Origin: Candidatus Eiseniibacteriota bacterium
GTDB taxonomy: Bacteria; Eisenbacteria; RBG-16-71-46
DNA length: 64,000 nt
Direction: 5' to 3'
Assembly: GCA_963776245.1 (NCBI GenBank)
Contig: CAVZLN010000003.1
Coordinates: 256,001 to 320,000, forward strand
Position numbers and translations under genes: made by a program. The notes below the pieces were generated by a model. The model worked only from the letters and a program-made list of their open reading frames with translations, ran no database searches and was not told where the DNA came from. Shown here piece after piece: positions 55,111 through 64,000 of this stretch (positions within the stretch are counted from its first letter, which is position 1; every line of letters starts with the position of its first letter).

Positions 55111-57003
55111 TCAGCGGGGGCGCGTCGCGCCTTCGCGGGCGAGCATCGTGGACACGAAGCTCAGCAGTTGTCTCGGGGTGAAGGGCTTCGCGAGGAATCC
55201 GGTGCCCTCGGCCAGCGTGACGCCATCCGCACGCAGGTCCTCCGAGTAGCCGGACATGAACGCGATCCGCAGGCCGGGGTGGGTCCGGCGCAGCGTCGCG
55301 GCGAGCGCGGCCCCGCCCAGGCGGGGCATCACCACGTCGGTGAGCAGCAGGTCGGGGACCATCGGTTCGCGCTCGAGGCGCGCGAGCGCCGCCACTCCGT
55401 CGGCCGCCTCCATCACGATGTGGCCGGCCTTGCGCAGCGTGGCGACCACCACCCCGCGGATGAGCTCCTCGTCCTCCACCACCAGGATGACGCCCTGCGG
55501 CACTTCGGGCGGTTCCGCCGCCGGGGCGGTCACTGCGACGCGCTCTCCGGCGCGGGAAAGGGGCAGGAGCACGGTGAATCGCGAGCCCTCTCCCACCCGG
55601 CTCTCCACCAGGACATGTCCCTCGCTCTGTTTGACGATCCCGTAGACGACCGCGAGGCCGAGGCCGGTGCCCTGCCCGGGCCCCTTGGTGGTGAAGAACG
55701 GCTCGAAGATCCGCGACCGGGTCTCCGCGTCCATGCCCACGCCGGTGTCCTGCACCTCGAGCACCGCGAATCGCGAGGGGTCGACCGCACCGTCGCACCG
55801 CGCCGCGTCGGACGGATCCGCGGGCCGGGTGAGGACGCGCATCGTTCCGCCGCCGGGCATCGCGTCGCGGGCGTTCACCACCAGATTGAGGATCACCTGC
55901 TCGATCTGCGAGCGGTCCGCGAGGATCGGGCCCGGCAGGGGATCGAGCGCGAGATCGAGCTGGATGTGCTCGCCCACCAGCTTGCGCAGCAGCCCGAGGG
56001 TCCGGCCGGTCTGTTCGGCGAGATCGAACCCCTCGCGCCGCTGGATCTGCCGGCGGCCATGCGCCAGCAGCTGCCGCACCGTCACGGCGGCGCGTTCGGC
56101 GGCCTCGAGGATGTAGCGCACGCCCTCCTGGTGCGGCGAACCGAGGGGCAGCCCGCGCTGCAGTTCGCCGGCGTATCCGAGGATCACCGTCAGGAGGTTG
56201 TTGAAGTCGTGGGCCACTCCGCCCGCGAGCCGGCCGACCGCCTCGAGCTTGTGCGACTGGACCAGTTCCCGCTGGGTCTCCTCGAGGACCGCGAGGCTGC
56301 TCGCCAGCTGCGCGCTGCGTTCGCGCAGGTCCTCGGTGAGGTTCGCGTTCTCGATCGCCCGGTCCACGTGGTTGGCGAGCAGTTGAAGGAAAGGCAGCTG
56401 GCGCTCGGCGAGGGCATCGAGCCGGGAATAGGTCTGCCGGCGGCGTGCGGCGAAGGCGACGAGCGCGGCCGGCACGCCGGTGCCGTCGTCGCGGAGCGGC
56501 ACGCAGGCGACGTGACCGGTGAACGGCGCCCCGGGCTCGGGCACCATAGCCGGGGCGACCGCACGCATCATCGCGCCGGCGGGCTGGCTGCCATCGTCCG
56601 GCTCGAAGGTGACGAACACCGGTTCGCGCAACGCGTGCAGCCAGTCCAGCGACGCCGCGTCCAGCCGGAGCGGGATGGGAGATTCCACAGCCCGGCCCTG
56701 CGCCGCGAGGAGGGTCACGCCGACGCGCGACGGCTCCAGTCGGACGACCCCGATCCAGTCGAGGGAGAAGGCCCGCGACAGCACGTCGACCGCGCGGGCG
56801 AGGATTCCGGCGGGCGATTCCGTGCCCGAGGACTCGAGCGCGAACCCGGCGAGCGAGCGGATGCGGACGAGTTGCGTGTCGAGCTCGTTCTGGGAGCGCG
56901 AGAGCCGCTGCTCGGTCTGCACCAGCAGCTTGATCTGCTCGTCCAGCGCCCGGGTCTCGCGGCGGAGCCGCTCGAGTTCGTCTTCCTGGGATCGGTCCAC
57001 CAT
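55111..57003 (-). CDS. Hybrid sensor histidine kinase/response regulator (GAF-like, HisKA, HATPase, REC)
   Basis: [56 protein letters not shown]. Confidence 0.95.
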   Translation of the reverse strand: MVDRSQEDELERLRRETRALDEQIKLLVQTEQRLSRSQNELDTQLVRIRSLAGFALESSGTESPAGILARAVDVLSRAFSLDWIGVVRLEPSRVGVTLLAAQGRAVESPIPLRLDAASLDWLHALREPVFVTFEPDDGSQPAGAMMRAVAPAMVPEPGAPFTGHVACVPLRDDGTGVPAALVAFAARRRQTYSRLDALAERQLPFLQLLANHVDRAIENANLTEDLRERSAQLASSLAVLEETQRELVQSHKLEAVGRLAGGVAHDFNNLLTVILGYAGELQRGLPLGSPHQEGVRYILEAAERAAVTVRQLLAHGRRQIQRREGFDLAEQTGRTLGLLRKLVGEHIQLDLALDPLPGPILADRSQIEQVILNLVVNARDAMPGGGTMRVLTRPADPSDAARCDGAVDPSRFAVLEVQDTGVGMDAETRSRIFEPFFTTKGPGQGTGLGLAVVYGIVKQSEGHVLVESRVGEGSRFTVLLPLSRAGERVAVTAPAAEPPEVPQGVILVVEDEELIRGVVVATLRKAGHIVMEAADGVAALARLEREPMVPDLLLTDVVMPRLGGAALAATLRRTHPGLRIAFMSGYSEDLRADGVTLAEGTGFLAKPFTPRQLLSFVSTMLAREGATRPR

Positions 57004-57007
57004 GTCC

Positions 57008-58201
57008 TCAGGGCTCGTCGTACAGCGCGCACAGGGCCACGGTGAAGTTGTGGTAGAAGGTCCGCTGGCCGATGGGCGCGATCTCGCCGTAGGTGTGGAA
57101 CCCGAGCCACGGGGTCTCGCCGCCGAACTCCTCCTGCAGCGGCCGCACGATCTGCCCGGCCACGGCGGAGCCGAACAACTGCTTGCCGCGGCCGGCGCAA
57201 TCGAACTGGAGGACCAGGGCGGGTCGCCGGCCCGGGTGCCGTCGCGCGACACGGGACGCGCAGGCGCGCGCGCGGTCGCAGATCCTCACCGGGTCGCGGC
57301 GCGTGAGCCGGACCACCCCGCCGGTGCGCAGTCCCCCTCCCGGGAAGAACAGCGAGCCGGTGGCCTTGTCCAGGCCGAGCGGGGTGTGGATGATGAACGG
57401 CTCGTAGTCCTGCGCGGCATCCGCCGGCAGGGGCTCGCCGATGGACAGGTGGATCGCCGCCTCGGTGTCGAGATCCTCGGGCTGTCCGTCGAGGTATTCC
57501 CGGAACACCTCCCAGGCGGGCCGCCCGTCGAGTTCGTGCAGCCAGGCGCCCTCGGCGCGGGTGACGCGCCGCTCGAGCCCGATCGCGGTGCAGCCGTGGC
57601 TGACCGAGATCTCCATGCTCCCCCGACCGCGGATCAGCAGCGCGGCGACCCCGTCGCTCGTGACCTCGCCATCGTGATACTGGTGCGTGCGCTCGAAGCG
57701 CAGCGCGTCACCCGCCGCGCCGCCGACGACGTGGATCGACGGCGGCAACGACTCGTCGATCGAGCGCAGCAGCTCGCCGCAGTTGCCGAGCAGGCCATCG
57801 GGGAACACCAGCAGTCCGATCTCGTCGCCCCGCGAGACCGCCCGCACCTGGCGGACCAGTTCGGCGCCCGCGGCGGCCGAGTCCGTCGCGTAGTCACGCA
57901 CCAGAAAGGTCTCGAACGAGAAGGTGTCCGAGTGCATCGCCAGCACCGCGACCGAGTGGTCGGTCTCGTCCGAGACCGGACCGGCGATGACCCCTTCGGC
58001 GGAGCAGCCGCACAGCCGCGCGCCGGGCAGGGTCTCCCGGATGCCCGCGAGCAGCGCGGCCTGGTCGTGCCCCGAGGTCGCGAACACCAGGCCGAGGTCG
58101 GCGGTGCGGGTGAGCGCCCGGACGGCCTCGCCCGCCGCCTGCCGGCCCGCGTCGCCGGAGTCCCGGATCGTGCTCATGCCGATTCCTGCCGCTGTCGCCA
58201 C
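57008..58201 (-). CDS. FIST signal transduction protein
   Basis: GCSAEGVI, VVGGAAGD, SHGC, ELDGRPA, FDCAGRG, GFHTYGEI, HNFT; GTG start after GAGGTG. Confidence 0.92.
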   Translation of the reverse strand: MATAAGIGMSTIRDSGDAGRQAAGEAVRALTRTADLGLVFATSGHDQAALLAGIRETLPGARLCGCSAEGVIAGPVSDETDHSVAVLAMHSDTFSFETFLVRDYATDSAAAGAELVRQVRAVSRGDEIGLLVFPDGLLGNCGELLRSIDESLPPSIHVVGGAAGDALRFERTHQYHDGEVTSDGVAALLIRGRGSMEISVSHGCTAIGLERRVTRAEGAWLHELDGRPAWEVFREYLDGQPEDLDTEAAIHLSIGEPLPADAAQDYEPFIIHTPLGLDKATGSLFFPGGGLRTGGVVRLTRRDPVRICDRARACASRVARRHPGRRPALVLQFDCAGRGKQLFGSAVAGQIVRPLQEEFGGETPWLGFHTYGEIAPIGQRTFYHNFTVALCALYDEP

Positions 58202-58426
58202 AGGTGCACCTCGCGTCGGACCAGCCTCGAATGGACGTTCCTGAACGGGTACGGTGTCCCCCGGTGACCCGGCGGGAGTGGAGGGTCGCGAAGCGGCACG
58301 GGCGAGAGCGCTCCCGGACATCACCGTAACAGGTCATCGGCACATCGGGGATCGGAATCGAGCAGAATGCCGCATCCCGGCCGGCCGTCGGCCGCGGCCC
58401 GGGACGCGCCCGGCCCCCGCGAAAGC

Positions 58427-60163
58427 TCAGCCGGATGGCCCGCGATCGCGGGGGCGGGGCGCCCAGGATTCCTCGAGCAGCGCGCGCCGCAGCTCCGCGC
58501 TCACCGTCGCGCCGTCCGCCTGCCCGGCCTCTCTCGGGTGGCGCAGGAGCTGGTGGCCGCGCGTGATGCGCCCGTCCACCCAGGTCAGGAAGCGATGGTG
58601 CGCTCCCGGCGCGACGTGCACCACGTACAGGTGCCACACCAGCACCACACCGATGGCGAGCAGCGCTTCGTCGCTGTGCGCGAGGAACGCCAGGGCGATG
58701 GCGAGGTCGGGCAGACGCCCGCCGAGCGCGACCGGGAACCACAGCACCAGCCCGGACGACGCCATCACCGGCAGGCCCCAGGCCACGGCGAGATAGTGGA
58801 GCTTGTTGCGGGTGTCGAACCTGCCGCTCGCGGGCGGGAGCGCACGGCGACCGAGGAGGAACATCGCCAGTTCCCATGCTTCGTGCCCATCGCCGCGGCC
58901 GGGCAACAGGCGCCACGCGCGCGCGGCGTCGTAGCGGGAACGCGCCAGCAGCACGGCCGCGTACCCCAGATGTCCGAGCCCGGTCGCGATCAGGATCACC
59001 GCGGCGGCGCGATGGAGCGTTCGCGCGACGGTCAGGCCGCCGAGCAGGCCATAGACCCGGGCCGCGACCTCCGCGTCCGGGAAACGCAGCGGCAGCCCGG
59101 TGCAGGCGAGCACCACGAAGGCGACCGCCAGCGCCCCATGCTGCGCGCGCTGGGCCACCGACAGCCGCGCGATCAGCGGCGCCTCGGCCGCCACCGCGCG
59201 GGGCGCGAGCGGGCGCCGGCCACCCGCCCGGGCTGCCGCGAGCCGGCGCGCGGCATCGAGCACGATGTCCCCCAGCGCCACCAGCGACACCAGCCACGTG
59301 AGCGCCCACAGAAAGCGTCCCGCGAGCCACAGCACGGGCTCGCGCCGGGCGCGCAGGTCGAGATGATTGGCGCCCGACATCGCGAACACGCCCGTCGCCC
59401 CTTTATGGCAGTCCTTCTGACCGCAGGTCTTCACCACGCCCGCGGCGCCGACGGTGGAGGCCGTGCTATCGGGCGAGAGCACGCGATGCACGGCATGGCA
59501 GTCCTGGCAGACCGCGGTCTTCGTGGAGCCGAACCGGACGGCCTGATAGTGGAACGAGCGCCGATAGGAGGACACCGCCTCCGCGTCCACGCGGTTCCTC
59601 GCCATCCGGACACGGTCCTCGTGGCAGTCCGCGCACAGCCGCATCCGGTCCCGGGGCCCCAGTGTGCGCCGGGGACTGGCGATCGCGTGCGGACGGCCCG
59701 CGCCATGACACGTCACGCAGGTGGGCGAATCGGCGCTCGTGCCGAGGAGGCCCTTGCGATGCGCGCCCGCCAGAAAGTCCGCGACCTGCGTCCGATGCGA
59801 GACCGGCTTGCCCTCGATGTCGGTGGCGTGACAGTCGGCGTCGCACGACACCTTTGCCCGCCGCCCGCGGTCGAACGTGTGCGGGTACGCGCGCACGTCC
59901 GGGTGGCACTGGGTGCACTCGAGCGAGCCGTGCACCGACAGCACGTGCGCGCGCGTGTCCACGCTCAGGTCGCGCAGGGTCGAGGTGAGGCTGTCGCGGT
60001 CGAGGAAGTTCGGGAGCCCGTGGCAATTCAGGCAGCGCGCGAGTTCGTGCGGGCCGAAGGTGAGCGGCGGGAAGGGCACCGGCGCCCGCGCCGCGGCGGC
60101 CCCGGGCAGGGCCAACACCAGCACCAGCGCCACCGACGCCCCTCGGGGCGCTCGCCCATGCAT
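58427..60163 (-). CDS. Multiheme cytochrome c fused to a cytochrome b (FdnI/HydC-type) membrane domain, CbcL-like
   Basis: Signal peptide; five CxxCH plus CDADCH and CGQKDCH; TM domain with QHG, LHR, AHSDEALLA and WHLY. Confidence 0.88.
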   Translation of the reverse strand: MHGRAPRGASVALVLVLALPGAAAARAPVPFPPLTFGPHELARCLNCHGLPNFLDRDSLTSTLRDLSVDTRAHVLSVHGSLECTQCHPDVRAYPHTFDRGRRAKVSCDADCHATDIEGKPVSHRTQVADFLAGAHRKGLLGTSADSPTCVTCHGAGRPHAIASPRRTLGPRDRMRLCADCHEDRVRMARNRVDAEAVSSYRRSFHYQAVRFGSTKTAVCQDCHAVHRVLSPDSTASTVGAAGVVKTCGQKDCHKGATGVFAMSGANHLDLRARREPVLWLAGRFLWALTWLVSLVALGDIVLDAARRLAAARAGGRRPLAPRAVAAEAPLIARLSVAQRAQHGALAVAFVVLACTGLPLRFPDAEVAARVYGLLGGLTVARTLHRAAAVILIATGLGHLGYAAVLLARSRYDAARAWRLLPGRGDGHEAWELAMFLLGRRALPPASGRFDTRNKLHYLAVAWGLPVMASSGLVLWFPVALGGRLPDLAIALAFLAHSDEALLAIGVVLVWHLYVVHVAPGAHHRFLTWVDGRITRGHQLLRHPREAGQADGATVSAELRRALLEESWAPRPRDRGPSG

Positions 60164-60381
60164 CGCGACCCACCGCGCGAGCTCGGGGCGCGGCGCGCGG
60201 GACGGAGGGGGTCGCTCGCGCGTCGGGTCCGCCCGCGACTGGGAGTCGCACGGCCCGCGTTCGCCGCCATCCTAGCGGGACCGGCGGGGTGCGCGCGAAT
60301 GCGCCGCCGGGGTGGCGCCGGCGCTGGAACGGTCCCGTCCCGCGCCGCCCCTCACGGCGCGCCGGCGCCGGGCACTGGGCC

Positions 60382-60831
60382 TCAGCCCGCGGCGGGGACG
60401 CGCCGGTAGAAGTCCGGCACCCAGCGCTCCATGAAGCGCTCGGGGCCCTGCAGCGGCGCGAACCCCACCTTCTCGTAGAGCCGGTGCGCATCGCGCGTGG
60501 CGAGGATCCAGCGACGCAGCCCCTGCAGCTCGGGATGCGCGGTGACGACGCGCATCAGCCACACCGACAGCCCGCGACCCCGGTAGGACTCGAGCACGAA
60601 CACGTCCGCCACCCACGCGAAGGTGGCGCGGTCGCTCACCACCCGCGCGAACCCCACCTGTCGCGACCCGTGCCAGAGGCTGAAGGGAAGCGAACCGAGC
60701 ACCGCGCGCTCGACCACCTCCCGCGGGATCCCCTCGCACCAGTACGCGTCCTTCAGGACGGCGTGCACCGCGTCCACGTCCACTCGCGCCGGGTCGGTGG
60801 TGATGACGAACTCCCCCTGCGTCCATTCCAT
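60382..60831 (-). CDS. GNAT N-acetyltransferase
   Basis: GFARVVSD, DVFVLESYRGRGL, LATRDAHRLYEKVGF. Confidence 0.92.
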   Translation of the reverse strand: MEWTQGEFVITTDPARVDVDAVHAVLKDAYWCEGIPREVVERAVLGSLPFSLWHGSRQVGFARVVSDRATFAWVADVFVLESYRGRGLSVWLMRVVTAHPELQGLRRWILATRDAHRLYEKVGFAPLQGPERFMERWVPDFYRRVPAAG

Positions 60832-60913
60832 CGCAGCCCTCCTTCGCCCGGAAACGCGCGGGGCGCCCCGAAGGACGCCCCGTGCCTCTCCATCCCGTCG
60901 CCGGCGGACGGCG

Positions 60914-62389
60914 CTATCGCGTGCCCGTCGTGTCGGCCGGCGCGCCCTCGTCCTTCAGCAGGAAGCGCCGCTTCTCGCGCTCGACCTTGAGCGCCTCGGT
61001 ATTCAGCACCTTGAACTCGACGCGACGGTTCTTCGCGCGCCCGAGCTCGGTGGTGTTCGGTGCCACCGGCACCTTCGGACCGTAGCCCTTGGCGGTGAAC
61101 TGGGACGGGCTGATGAGCGGGAACGTGTTGCGGACGTAGATCAGCACCGAGTCCGCGCGCATCTGCGAGAGCGTCTCGTTCAGCGCCGGTTTGCCGCGGC
61201 CGTCGGTATGTCCGCCGATCTCGATCTGGAGCGCCGGGTACTGCTGCAGGATCCTCCCGACCTCGTCGAGCACCGGGAAGGACTCGGGCTTCAACGACGC
61301 CTTGCCGGTGTCGAAGTTGATGTTCTGCAGGCGGATCATGCCGGTGTCGAGGAGCTCGGTCTCGCGCTCGCTGATCTCGATCGGGCAGCCGTTGGCGTCC
61401 ACCTTGAGGCCGGCCGGCGTGTTGTCGCACTGGTCGAGGCCATCGCATACGCCGTCCCCGTCGCTGTCGATCGGACAGCCGGTGGCGTCCACCTTGCAGC
61501 CCCGCGGGGTGTCCGGGCACTTGTCGAGACCGTCGAACACGCCGTCGCCGTCGCCGTCGATCGGACAGCCCTTGGCGTCCACGGTGGCGCCCTTGGGGGT
61601 GTCGGGGCACTGGTCCAGGCCGTCACACACACCATCGCCGTCGGAATCCACCGAGCACCCGGTCTTGTCCACCACGCACCCGCGCGGGGTGTCCGGGCAC
61701 TTGTCGAGACCGTCGAACACCTTGTCGCCGTCGGTGTCGAGCGGGCAGCCGTGGGCGTCCACCTTCGCGCCGAGCGGGGTCTCGGGACACCGGTCGAGCC
61801 AGTCGCGCACGCCGTCGAGATCGGAGTCCCGCGGCTTGCCGAACAGGTTCCACTGCAGGCCAGCGGTGGCCATCCAGTGATTGCTGAACTCGAGGGCGTG
61901 GCGCTCGCGGAACATCACGTCGCGCACCTGCAGCCGCAGGTAGGTGCGGGGCGTGAGCGCGCTCACCAGCACGCCCATCCCGAGGGTCGGCGCGCCGCGC
62001 TCGAGCTTCGCGGAGACGGCGCCCTCCTGGTGACTCAGGCCGTACCCGAAGCCGGTGAGCACGAACGGCACGATGCGCTGGTCGGCCGGTCGCAGGTTCC
62101 AGCGCAGGTCGAGACCGGCGGTGGAGAAGTTGTGCGTGGGCGAGCCCAGCGTGTCGTCCTTGGTGGGGCCGAACGAGGCGTGGCCCTCGAGGGTGAACCA
62201 CGACTGGGTCCGCCAGCCGAGCGCGCCATAGGAGGCGAATCCGTCCTGCATCCGTGCGCGTCCATCAGGGCTGAAGATGCCGGCGCCGCCGGAGAGCTCG
62301 AGCGGCCGCCCGATGATCTGCGCCTGGGACGGGACGGCGAGCAGAGCCAGCAGGGCGAGGAGTGGGAACGCACGCTTCGAGACGGCCAT
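60914..62389 (-). CDS. OmpA family protein (beta-barrel + thrombospondin type-3 repeats + OmpA-C)
   Basis: Signal peptide; barrel; five DxDGDGVxD..C repeats; INFDTGKA, IGGHTD, NETLSQMRA, NRRVEF. Confidence 0.93.
   Translation of the reverse strand: MAVSKRAFPLLALLALLAVPSQAQIIGRPLELSGGAGIFSPDGRARMQDGFASYGALGWRTQSWFTLEGHASFGPTKDDTLGSPTHNFSTAGLDLRWNLRPADQRIVPFVLTGFGYGLSHQEGAVSAKLERGAPTLGMGVLVSALTPRTYLRLQVRDVMFRERHALEFSNHWMATAGLQWNLFGKPRDSDLDGVRDWLDRCPETPLGAKVDAHGCPLDTDGDKVFDGLDKCPDTPRGCVVDKTGCSVDSDGDGVCDGLDQCPDTPKGATVDAKGCPIDGDGDGVFDGLDKCPDTPRGCKVDATGCPIDSDGDGVCDGLDQCDNTPAGLKVDANGCPIEISERETELLDTGMIRLQNINFDTGKASLKPESFPVLDEVGRILQQYPALQIEIGGHTDGRGKPALNETLSQMRADSVLIYVRNTFPLISPSQFTAKGYGPKVPVAPNTTELGRAKNRRVEFKVLNTEALKVEREKRRFLLKDEGAPADTTGTR
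61379..61828 (-). repeat. Five tandem 90-nt (30-aa) TSP3 repeats with 180-nt higher-order periodicity
   Basis: Exact 38-nt repeat at 61503-61540 and 61683-61720. Confidence 0.9.
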
Positions 62390-62662
62390 GCGGGACGGAC
62401 CTCCTTGATCGTGACACGGGAGTGAAGCCGGCCCGGCGGCCCAGAGGCGCCTGCTCGACGCGACGCGGAGGAATGCCCGAGCGCGCCGGCGGGCCCGGGA
62501 GTCGCCAGGCAGAATGACCGTTAAGTGGTAGCATCGGCGCCAGCGCAGGTCAATCGGCCCGCGGACCCGCGCGGGCGAGCCCGCGCGGAGCGCCGGGACC
62601 GCCACCACGGCCGGACCGCGCACGCCACGGATGCCGTCCCGACCCGAGAGGATGCCGGACCG

Positions 62663-63139
62663 ATGATCACCAAGGAACAGCGCGAGAAGCTCGTCCAGCA
62701 GTACGCCCACGGCTACGACGAGGTGGCCAAGGCGCTCAAGGGATTCCCCGCCGATGCCATGGTGCAGCACCCGTTCCCGGGCAAGTGGAGCGCCCGCGAG
62801 ATCGTGCACCACCTCGCCGACAGCGAGACCATCAGCGTCGGACGGCTGCGCATGCTGCTCACCCAGGAGTATCCGGTCATCCACGGCTACGACCAGGAGA
62901 TGTACGCCGTGCTGCTGCGCTACAACACGCGCGATCACGCGCCGGCGCTCGAGGCGTTCCGGGTCGCCCGCGAGCTCGGGATGCAGCTCATCGGCCTGAT
63001 GGGCGAGGACGACTGGAAGCGCTCGGGCTGGCACTCCGAGAGCGGGCTCTACAAGGCGACCCGCTGGCTCGAGATCTACGCCGGGCACGCGCACAACCAC
63101 GCGCAACAGATCGCACGCCTGCGCGAACACCTGAAGTAG
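62663..63139 (+). CDS. DinB family protein
   Basis: GKWSAREIVHHLADSE, GYDQ, GWHSESG, HAHNHAQQI. Confidence 0.9.
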   Translation: MITKEQREKLVQQYAHGYDEVAKALKGFPADAMVQHPFPGKWSAREIVHHLADSETISVGRLRMLLTQEYPVIHGYDQEMYAVLLRYNTRDHAPALEAFRVARELGMQLIGLMGEDDWKRSGWHSESGLYKATRWLEIYAGHAHNHAQQIARLREHLK

Positions 63140-63150
63140 CGGCGGGCGGC

Positions 63151-64000
63151 GTGATCTGGCGCTGTCGCGAGCGCGTCTTCGAGACGGCGGACCGGACGCT
63201 GCTCATGGGCGTGGTGAACGTGACGCCCGACTCGTTCTCGGACGGCGGCCGATTCCTCGACCCGGCCGCGGCGATCGCCCACGCCCGCCGGCTGGCGGAC
63301 GAGGGCGCCGACCTGATCGACCTGGGCGCGGAGAGCACGCGCCCGGGAGCCGCCCCGGTGCCGGCCGAGGAACAGGTGCGCCGGCTGGCCCCGGTGGTCG
63401 AGGCGCTGGCGCGCGAGTCGCGCGCCTGCCTGTCCATCGACACCGCCGACGCCCGCGTCGCGGAGCGCATGCTCGATCGGGGCGCGCACGTCGTGAACGA
63501 CGTGTCCGCGCTCGCCGACCCGCGCATGGCGGGAGTGGTGGCGCAGCGCGGCGGCGGGCTCGTGCTGATGCACATGCAGGCCACGCCGCGCACCATGCAG
63601 GAGGATCCGCGCTACGACGACGCGGCCCGCGAGGTGCGCGCGTTCCTCGCCGCGCGCCTCGCGGTCGCCACCGCCGCCGGGGTCACCGCCGACCGCGTGG
63701 CGCTCGACCCCGGCATCGGCTTCGGCAAGACGGTGCGCCACAATCTCGAGCTGCTCGCGCGCCTCGACGAGCTGGCCGCGCTCGGCCGGCCGCTGGTGAT
63801 CGGGGTGTCGCGCAAGCGCTTCCTCGGCGTTCTCCTCGACGACCTGCCGACCGACCAGCGGCTCGAGGGCGGCCTCGCCGCCGCGGCCATCGCCGTGCAC
63901 CTCGGCGCGCACGTGGTGCGCACCCACGACGTGCGCGCCACCGCGCGAGCGGTGCGCGTGGCCGCGGCGATCGCCGGGGCGCGGCGGCCGGCCGCGGCCG
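63151..64000 (+). CDS. folP: Dihydropteroate synthase, runs off the window end (absent from the ORF track)
   Basis: Translated by hand: MGVVNVTPDSFSDGG, DLGAESTRPG, SIDT, NDVS, LMHM, LDPGIGFGK, GVSRKRF, RTHDV. Confidence 0.96.
   Translation, partial: MIWRCRERVFETADRTLLMGVVNVTPDSFSDGGRFLDPAAAIAHARRLADEGADLIDLGAESTRPGAAPVPAEEQVRRLAPVVEALARESRACLSIDTADARVAERMLDRGAHVVNDVSALADPRMAGVVAQRGGGLVLMHMQATPRTMQEDPRYDDAAREVRAFLAARLAVATAAGVTADRVALDPGIGFGKTVRHNLELLARLDELAALGRPLVIGVSRKRFLGVLLDDLPTDQRLEGGLAAAAIAVHLGAHVVRTHDVRATARAVRVAAAIAGARRPAAA

Noticed and set aside
61379..61828. Regularly spaced repeats resembling a CRISPR array
   Set aside because: They are in-frame coding TSP3 repeats inside ompA, with no unique spacers and no cas genes.

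Overview
Very GC-rich bacterial chromosomal window with about 54 CDSs. I found no rRNA, tRNA, CRISPR array or mobile element. Gene content suggests a diderm FCB-superphylum-like lineage such as Ca. Eisenbacteria/Latescibacterota (inferred from the FlgD-Ig C-terminal domain, a C-terminal 'TWGRVKTLYR' tail and a DUF4159/DUF4175 cluster). Housekeeping content includes a complete F1Fo ATP synthase operon with an AtpI-AtpB fusion and a short epsilon subunit, an FNR-korA-korB operon, a guaB-arnT-asnB operon, secDF followed by an envelope cluster, a FIST/hybrid kinase pair, a multiheme c/b cytochrome, OmpA and folP. Roughly 17 single-base frameshifts in otherwise intact genes point to uncorrected sequencing indels. 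The best candidate for a novel system is 29991-36248. There, a translationally coupled three-gene operon encodes an MCP-like receptor with a rewritten hairpin tip, a CheA-like protein lacking its Hpt His and ATP-binding boxes, and a REC-GAF protein with a dead HD-GYP domain; only the two receiver domains look intact. This operon and a divergent gene of unknown function are each preceded by a correctly spaced sigma-54 (-24/-12) promoter motif.
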